Shown piece by piece: positions 58,003 to 64,000 of a stretch of DNA of 64,000 nt; within the stretch, counting starts at the first letter, position 1, and the number at the start of each line of letters is the position of its first letter. This DNA comes from Myxococcota bacterium (GTDB taxonomy: Bacteria > Myxococcota_A > Polyangia > Nannocystales > Nannocystaceae). Location of the stretch: contig JBCCHT010000017.1 in NCBI GenBank assembly GCA_039028615.1, positions 64,001 to 128,000 of the forward strand, in the 5' to 3' direction. A program made the position numbers and the translations under genes. The notes under the pieces are model-generated. The model had not been told where the DNA came from. It saw only the letters and a list, made by a program, of their open reading frames with translations, and searched no databases.

Positions 58003-58970
58003 GCTGCGCGGCCCGTGCCGAAGCGCCGTTTGAAGTCGATGTGCACCATGCAGGAGCTGGGCTGGCCTTCGGCGTTGCCCAGGCGTCCCGACGACACGTA
58101 GCCCATCATGTGGCGCTGCATCTGCTCGCGCTGGTCGGGCGGGATGTCGCGGCCAATGTGGCGGTGCTCGGCGAACTCCTCGACCATGCGACGCAGCGCG
58201 GCGTCGTCGAGGGACTCGATGATGGCGGCCACCGCCGAGTCACCGCGCAGGGCCGCGATCACGTCGTCGACCATGGCCGGCTCGACGTCGTAGCGCATCT
58301 TGCAGACCTTGCGGCACTCCGAGTACTTGTTCTTGTGACGCCACTTCACCGAGTGACCGTCCTCGGTGGACACGAGCCGGTTGTAGGTGCCCTTGCCCTC
58401 GGTGTCTTCCTCGGCCGAGTGCAGCGAGGTGAGGATGAAGTCGGGCACGCCGTGCGACCAGATCCCGCGCCGGGCCTCCATGGCCTCGCGCTGCGCCGCG
58501 ACGTACTCGGGGCGCCCGGGCTCGTCGTCGATGGTCAGGGTGTGGGCCATGCCGCGGCGAATGAGGTCTTCGGCCAGCGTGGGGCAGTCGACGAGCATGC
58601 GGCCGTAGGTGTCGAGCGCCCCGTCGGTGGTGCACTCCCAGTAGCCCTTGCGCGCGTGCAGGGCCGACATCTTGGCGATGACGTAGAGCTCTTTTTCCGT
58701 CCAGCTGCCCCACTGGTGCACGGGGCCGTAGGACTCGAGCGTGTTGTAGCCCGCGAGGCGAGCCTTGGCGCCCTGCAGATCGCCGGACAGCACGCGGAAG
58801 CTGTCGCCGTCGTTGAAGGTCACCTGGACCAGCTCGCCGTTGAGCAGGACCTTGCTGCGGGGCTCGGCTGCGTCGGCCGGCCGCGGTGAGCTCAGAGTCA
58901 GGCCAACGAACAGGGCCAAGCCCAATCCGCTGCGCCGGGAGAGTCGACGAGTGTCGTCGTGCATTGCCAT
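57990..58970 (-). CDS. secreted thermonuclease (SNase-like) family protein
   Basis: Signal peptide, DGDSF, RLAGYNTLE, DTYGRML, ARRGIW. AAGGAG RBS. Confidence 0.88.
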   Translation of the reverse strand: MAMHDDTRRLSRRSGLGLALFVGLTLSSPRPADAAEPRSKVLLNGELVQVTFNDGDSFRVLSGDLQGAKARLAGYNTLESYGPVHQWGSWTEKELYVIAKMSALHARKGYWECTTDGALDTYGRMLVDCPTLAEDLIRRGMAHTLTIDDEPGRPEYVAAQREAMEARRGIWSHGVPDFILTSLHSAEEDTEGKGTYNRLVSTEDGHSVKWRHKNKYSECRKVCKMRYDVEPAMVDDVIAALRGDSAVAAIIESLDDAALRRMVEEFAEHRHIGRDIPPDQREQMQRHMMGYVSSGRLGNAEGQPSSCMVHIDFKRRFGTGRAACLK

Positions 58971-59275
58971 GCTCCTTTGGGAGCGGGCCGCACCGAGGTC
59001 CTCACGAGCGCACGCCCGCGGTCTCGGATTGCTTGCTTCCGCCCCTTGCACCGCGCGCATCATGGACGAAAGCGACCCGCGACAGCAAACCCCAAATCGC
59101 GCTCCGCGCGGCGGTGTGTCGTCGGGGCGTCGACGAGGTTACGTGGGGTGAAATCGCAATGATCTGCGATCACTGGCCATCGCCAGGCAAGCGCCATCGT
59201 AGGCCCCAGCCCCCAGTCTCGGGCGAGATCGGGCGTTTTGCCTCCCGGCCGCGGAGCCAGCGCGGACGCCAGAGA

Positions 59276-59686
59276 TCAGCCGTTGACGACCCCGTGGGGC
59301 ACCAGCTCGGCCAAATAGGGCGCTAGATACTCCACCGCCGACTCCCGCCGATGCACCACCCGGTAGGGATGCGCGGGGGACTTGAGCCGGAACATCACCC
59401 GGATCGCCCCGCGGACCATCGCCGAAGGAATGATGAGCGCCAACGCGGCCACGTGCGCATTCAGACGATCTTCGTTGGCCCGAGCAAACCGGTCGAACGA
59501 TTTGATCTCGGCCCACTCGAACCGAGACGTGTTCGTCATGTCGACCTGCATGCAAAACCGTTCGGCCCGATCGAGCGTCGCGCTCAACCCGGTCGCCACC
59601 TGCTGCACGGTCTCGGCATCGACGACCCGTGAGAAACGCAGGACGACCAACGGCCACGCACTCACGTCGACGAGCGTTCGAGTCAC
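59276..59686 (-). CDS. small STAS/SEC14(SpoIIAA)-like domain protein, paralog 3
   Basis: VDVSAWP.V..., IIPSAMVRGAI, HPYRVV, EYLAPYL. AGGGAG RBS. Confidence 0.75.
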   Translation of the reverse strand: MTRTLVDVSAWPLVVLRFSRVVDAETVQQVATGLSATLDRAERFCMQVDMTNTSRFEWAEIKSFDRFARANEDRLNAHVAALALIIPSAMVRGAIRVMFRLKSPAHPYRVVHRRESAVEYLAPYLAELVPHGVVNG

Positions 59687-59716
59687 GACGACTCCCTCGC
59701 TCTCGCTCGGCCGAGC

Positions 59717-60142
59717 CTACCCATTGGCGGCAGCCCGGGGGCTCAGCTCGGAGAGATACGGTGCGATGTACTCGAGCGCGGCATCTCGCTCGTGCACGAC
59801 TCGGTACGGATGCCCGGGCGCCTTGAGCTTGAACAACACCCGAATTGCCCCGCGCACCATCGCCGACGGAATGATGAGCGCGAGCGCGGCGACCTGCGAG
59901 TCGAGGCGCTCTCCGTTGGCCCGAGCAAAAGCGTCGAAGACTTTGATCTCCGACCATTCGAACCGAATCGTCGCCGTCATGTCGACCACGACGCAAAAAC
60001 GTTGCGCCCGATCGAGCCCCGCCACCAGACCAGCCACGATGGCCCGCGCCGCATGGGCATCGACGATCTTCGGACCCCGTACGACGAGCGTAGGCCAAGC
60101 ACTCTCGTCGACGAAGTCTCGGGGCAAAGAGCCTTCCGACAC
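59717..60142 (-). CDS. small STAS/SEC14(SpoIIAA)-like domain protein, paralog 2
   Basis: VDESAWP, IIPSAMVRGAI, HPYRVV, EYIAPYL. Confidence 0.75.
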   Translation of the reverse strand: MSEGSLPRDFVDESAWPTLVVRGPKIVDAHAARAIVAGLVAGLDRAQRFCVVVDMTATIRFEWSEIKVFDAFARANGERLDSQVAALALIIPSAMVRGAIRVLFKLKAPGHPYRVVHERDAALEYIAPYLSELSPRAAANG

Positions 60143-60319
60143 GACTTCAGGCTATCAGCTGACACCCGACAGAAGATCACCAACGTCGTCATCAATTCGG
60201 TCCACTTCGGCGACTCGCGCCCTCCATGCATGCATGTACGAACAAGCCGACACCATCACATCTAGCGATTCGTCAGTCGGTGTCGCACTGCATCGCAGTT
60301 GGTGAAGCGCTCGAACGAA

Positions 60320-60829
60320 TCAGCCGTTGGCGGCCATGCCCTGTCGAAGCTGCGCCAGATACGGTTCCATGTACTCGAGGGCTTCACTGCGATGTTGCAG
60401 CACTCGATGGGCGTATCCCGGGGAGTGAATCTGAAACAGCACCTTGATGGCCCCCCGCACCATGGCCGAGAGAATGACCAGCGCGACGGTGAACAACAGG
60501 GCATTGTGACGCTCTTTGCTCGCACGAGCATAGGCACCAAATGCCTTGAGTTCCTTCCAGTCGAGGCGTGTCGACTGCGTCAGATCGACCTCGAGACAGA
60601 ACGGCTCACCTCGATCGAGCGCTGCGTCCAAGCCAGTGGTGATGCCGACCACAGACGCCTGATCGAACACTGGTGGTCCTCTCAGGACGACATGTGGCCA
60701 TGCACTGTCATCGACATAAACCCAAGGTTGTGTCCCCCGCGACACCTTTTTCACCATATCAGGTTTCGCCTGACCATAGTGCATTGAAGCCGTCGCCAAT
60801 TCGGTCCGGGTCGGTGACACAGGGCCCAC
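60320..60829 (-). CDS. small STAS/SEC14(SpoIIAA)-like domain protein, paralog 1
   Basis: VDDSAWP, ILSAMVRGAI, EYMEPYL. The true start is probably downstream of 60829. Confidence 0.7.
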   Translation of the reverse strand: MGPVSPTRTELATASMHYGQAKPDMVKKVSRGTQPWVYVDDSAWPHVVLRGPPVFDQASVVGITTGLDAALDRGEPFCLEVDLTQSTRLDWKELKAFGAYARASKERHNALLFTVALVILSAMVRGAIKVLFQIHSPGYAHRVLQHRSEALEYMEPYLAQLRQGMAANG

Positions 60830-60851
60830 ACCTACGCGGGGGTACGCGGTG

Positions 60852-61583
60852 CTACTCGGCCAGCTCCCACGGCATGTAGCGAAGGGTCAGCATGACGGCG
60901 AGAGAGGCCTCCATCGTGACCGGGTCGAAGCCCTCGGTGATCCATGCCCGTTCGGGACGACCCATCACCATCGCCACCTTGGCCGTCTCGCCTTCACGCA
61001 GCTGCACCACGGGCACGGGCAGCAGTCGCTCGACGCGTTGGAAGTGCGTCACCCGCGTGAGTACCTCGATGCTGAACTCTTCGTCGCCGCCCGTCTGCTT
61101 CAGCGCTCCGACAAAGTTCCCGGACAATGCGGCGCGGGTACTGAAGTTCCACGGAGGCAGGCCGCGGGACTTGGCCACGCAGTCGAGTGAGATCTCGTCC
61201 CCGTTCTCATCGAGCACCGCCCGGTAGTCGCCCGCGTTCGAGGCCCGTCGCTGCATCGTGCACGAGGTGGTCCAGCTGCGCTCGGTGGGCGCATCGAAGA
61301 TCAATCCCGCGCGATGCTGCGTCACCGGACGAGGGACGTCTTCGCGCGCGAGCGGACCGTCGGGATCGGGCGCCTCCGTGCGCACACCGACGTCGTGGAT
61401 CTCGTAGGGCCCGAGGGCGAAGCCTCCCTTGCGGCGCTCTCGCGTCAGCTCGGTGCCCTGCTCGACCAGCGTGGGATCGACGACCTTGAGCGCGGGCCGC
61501 TGCGTGAGCGCGCATCCGAGGCTCGTGACGAGCGCCCCGACCATGAGGCCACGGGCCGAGATGCCCTGCGAACGCCGGTTCAT
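60852..61583 (-). CDS. putative lipoprotein
   Basis: TSLGC lipobox. TATCGT-N6-ATG 61583. Confidence 0.75.
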   Translation of the reverse strand: MNRRSQGISARGLMVGALVTSLGCALTQRPALKVVDPTLVEQGTELTRERRKGGFALGPYEIHDVGVRTEAPDPDGPLAREDVPRPVTQHRAGLIFDAPTERSWTTSCTMQRRASNAGDYRAVLDENGDEISLDCVAKSRGLPPWNFSTRAALSGNFVGALKQTGGDEEFSIEVLTRVTHFQRVERLLPVPVVQLREGETAKVAMVMGRPERAWITEGFDPVTMEASLAVMLTLRYMPWELAE

Positions 61584-61780
61584 GGGCGCACGATAGCGCA
61601 CCGACAAGACGAGACATCCCCTACGCGACGGTCCGACGATGGACGGCCCCGAGGCGGCGCCAACCAGTCGCGATCGCGCCGCGAAGAGATTCACCCCTCT
61701 CCCGCCGTGACGCGAAGAATGGCTACACCCAACCAGCGGGCGTCGCCTCCGTGGACCGAGCCTCGCCTGCCGTCGCGTTG

Positions 61781-61967
61781 GGGGATGCTCGAACGAACAC
61801 CATGCCCGTGCCCTGTTTCACCTGTGTGAGACAGGCCGTGAGGGTCCGGCCCCCCCAAAGCGGCCCTCGCGCAGGCGAATGTACGGGATCGAGCGAGGTC
61901 CGAAACCCAACCGGGGATCGCCGGGTCAACTCTCATGAGTGCTGAAGCCCCATCGGGTGGGCATCAG
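61781..61967 (+). ncRNA. candidate structured RNA (unassigned)
   Basis: Nested helices with G-U pairs in a 560-bp intergenic region, immediately followed by an intrinsic terminator. No family recognised. Confidence 0.35.
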
Positions 61968-62016
61968 GTCGCGAAACCCCGGCGCTGCCCTTCAGTCGGG
62001 GTTTCGCGGCTCTTTT
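61968..62016 (+). terminator. intrinsic terminator
   Basis: GTCGCGAAACCCCGGC...GTCGGGGTTTCGCGGC stem followed by TCTTTT. Confidence 0.75.
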
Positions 62017-62144
62017 GGTTGGCCGGCGAGGACTCGTCACCCGGGCGCATCGACGGGCCGGCAGCACGGCTGCCCTACGCCGCCCGACGGCGCTTGCAGG
62101 TCGCCGATTGCGGGCCATGATCGCCCGCGAGCGCTTCGCCGAAC

Positions 62145-63359
62145 ATGCCTCGAATTCGCAGTGCCTTGTTGCCGCTCGTGGTCGTGGCCGCGGGTGTTTC
62201 GATCGCGGGTTTCCTCGTCGCCAGCCGCCCCCAAGCCGAGCAGCGAGAACCCGAAGATCCGGTGACCTTCGTCCGCACGAAGGTGGCCCGGCCCGGACCG
62301 CACCAGGTCTCGATCGCGGTCATGGGGGTGGTTCGAGCCGAGCGCGAGGTCACCCTGCAGGCCGAGGTCGCGGGGCGGGTCGTGCAGCACTCCGATCGGC
62401 TCGTCGACGGCGGGCTCGTCGATGGCGGCGACCTGCTCGTCAAGCTCGACGCGCGCGACTACAGCTCGGCCGTCGACATGTCCAAGGCCGACCTGGCTCA
62501 GGCGCGGCTGCAGGTGCGCGAAGAAAAGGTGCAGCGCCAAGTCGCCGAGGCAGAGTGGCGCGACGCCCCCGACGATTTTTCCGATGACGCCCGGGCCTAC
62601 GTCATGCGCGAGCCTCATCTCGACGCGGCCCGGGCCGCCGTCAGCTCCGCCCGCAGCCGCATCGACAAGGCCAAGCGCGACGTCGGCAAGACGGTGATCC
62701 GTGCCCCCTTCGATGCGGTGGTCGTCAGCGAGAACGTGGAGATCGGGCAGCTCGTAGGTCCGCAAGCGCCCGTCGCCCGCCTCGCCGGGGTCGACCGGTT
62801 CTGGATTCAGGCCTCCATTCCCGTCTCTCAGCTCAAGCACCTCGAGATTCCCCGGGTCAGCACCGACCAGGCCAAGGGCTCCTCGGCCACCATCATCGAT
62901 CGCGCGGCGGGGGAGCTCGACCGCGAGGGCTACCTGCTGCGCCTGCTGCCCAAGGTCGAAGAGCGCGGGCGCATGGCGCAGATCATCATCGCCGTCGACG
63001 ACCCCATGGGCCTACGCAAGCCGCTGGGCGAGCGCCCCACCCCGCTTTTGGTCGGGACCTACGTCGAGAGCCAGATCGCGGGCAAGACCCTGCCCCGCGT
63101 CGTGTCCGTGCCGCGCCGTGCGATGTACGACGACACCCACGTCTGGGTCGTCGACGGCGAAAGCCGCCTGCGCTCCCGCGAGGTCGAGGTCGTGTGGCGC
63201 GAGCGAGGCCAGGTCTTCGTGAGCGACGGCCTGACCGAAGGCGAGCGCTACGTCGTCAGCGGCCTGCCGCTCGCCACCGAAGGCATGCCCGTCGAGCTCG
63301 AAGAAGAGACCGCGCCCGGCTCGAAGTCCGAACAACCTCCGCCCCCCGAGAGCCCCTAG
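62145..63359 (+). CDS. RND efflux periplasmic adaptor (membrane fusion protein)
   Basis: N-terminal TM, AEVAGRV, GDLLVKLD, IRAPFDAVV, VSVPRRAM, GLTEGE. Confidence 0.95.
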   Translation: MPRIRSALLPLVVVAAGVSIAGFLVASRPQAEQREPEDPVTFVRTKVARPGPHQVSIAVMGVVRAEREVTLQAEVAGRVVQHSDRLVDGGLVDGGDLLVKLDARDYSSAVDMSKADLAQARLQVREEKVQRQVAEAEWRDAPDDFSDDARAYVMREPHLDAARAAVSSARSRIDKAKRDVGKTVIRAPFDAVVVSENVEIGQLVGPQAPVARLAGVDRFWIQASIPVSQLKHLEIPRVSTDQAKGSSATIIDRAAGELDREGYLLRLLPKVEERGRMAQIIIAVDDPMGLRKPLGERPTPLLVGTYVESQIAGKTLPRVVSVPRRAMYDDTHVWVVDGESRLRSREVEVVWRERGQVFVSDGLTEGERYVVSGLPLATEGMPVELEEETAPGSKSEQPPPPESP

Positions 63360-63369
63360 TCACCAGAGC

Positions 63370-64000
63370 GTGCCCGTGGCCGTGCCCGAACAACAGCTCG
63401 AGCCCAAAGACCGCAAGGGCGTGGTCTCGTGGTTCACCCGCAACCCGGTCGCCGCCAACCTGCTGATGTTGGCGCTGCTGCTCGGCGGGATCATGGTCGG
63501 CATGGGAGTCAAGCAGGAGGTCTTCCCCGACTTCAAGCTCGACATGGTCTCCATCTCGGTGCCCTATCCCGGGGCCAGCCCCTCCGAGGTCGAAAAGGGG
63601 ATCATCGTGGCCATCGAGGAAGCGGTGCGCAACCTCGATGGCGTCGACCGGGTGACCTCCTCTGCGCAAGAAGGGGGCGGGCGCGTCTACGTCAGCCTCG
63701 AGCTGGAGGCCGACGCCAACAAGCTGCTGGCCGACGTCAAGAACGCGGTCGATCGGCTCACCTCCTTGCCCGAGGAATCCGAGCGCCCCACCGTCTCGCT
63801 CGTCACCAATCGGGTCGAGGTCATCTCGCTCATCCTCTATGGCGACCAGGACGAGGCCTTGCTGCGCTCGCTCGCCGAGTGGACCCGCGACGAGCTGCTC
63901 CTCGATCCGCTGGTGACCCAGGCCGAGCTGATGGGCGCGCCGCCGCACGAGACCTCCGTCGAGGTGCCGCTGGCCAAGCTGCGCGAGCACGGGCTCACCC
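63370..64000 (+). CDS. RND efflux permease (AcrB/AcrD/AcrF family), 5' part
   Basis: Translated by hand: WFTRNPVAANLLM...QEVFPDF...YPGASPSEVEKGI...IEEAV. Runs off the window. Start 63370/63376/63382. Confidence 0.93.
   Translation, partial: MPVAVPEQQLEPKDRKGVVSWFTRNPVAANLLMLALLLGGIMVGMGVKQEVFPDFKLDMVSISVPYPGASPSEVEKGIIVAIEEAVRNLDGVDRVTSSAQEGGGRVYVSLELEADANKLLADVKNAVDRLTSLPEESERPTVSLVTNRVEVISLILYGDQDEALLRSLAEWTRDELLLDPLVTQAELMGAPPHETSVEVPLAKLREHGLT

Noticed and set aside
61836..61856. GAGGGTCCGGCCC resembling the SAM-I riboswitch core; GATGCTCG...GGCATC resembling 6S RNA ends
   Set aside because: Other conserved elements of either family could not be matched, so the region is left as an unassigned RNA candidate.
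1..64000. tRNA, rRNA, tmRNA, CRISPR arrays, transposases/integrases
   Set aside because: None recognised by eye. The many long alternative-frame ORFs are expected artefacts of high GC.

Overview
GC-rich bacterial DNA, most likely from a myxobacterium (Nannocystales-like). This is inferred from the Ser/Thr-linker lipoproteins, Cys/Asp repeat surface proteins and a MYXO-CTERM-like tail. The dominant feature is a ~44 kb biosynthetic island (2775-46891). It holds 11 radical SAM genes carrying 14 rSAM domains: three tandem double-rSAM proteins, two B12-type, one SPL/Rv2578c-like, one tandem paralog pair and several HxsC-like. It also holds four Fe(II)/2OG-type oxygenases (two with an unusual H-x-H...H triad, one fused to an amidohydrolase), four multi-TM GT-C-like membrane proteins, a UbiA prenyltransferase, an LPG-synthase/flippase-like protein, Gfo/Idh/MocA domains, a CPBP protease and a TPR protein. 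An apparently unnamed ~90-100 aa domain recurs on both the cytoplasmic rSAM enzymes and the exported N-termini of the membrane transferases. I found no His-Xaa-Ser or other classical RiPP precursor, so my working hypothesis is an undescribed radical-SAM-driven envelope/glycan modification pathway. Also present: a ~160 bp MITE-like element, an operon of nuclease + Ca-binding-repeat lipoprotein + repeat-bearing outer-membrane barrel, three tandem small paralogs, a candidate structured ncRNA with terminator upstream of an RND efflux operon, and repeated leaderless-type -10 motifs. No rRNA, tRNA, CRISPR array or transposase was seen. All family calls come from motif recognition by eye, with no database searches.
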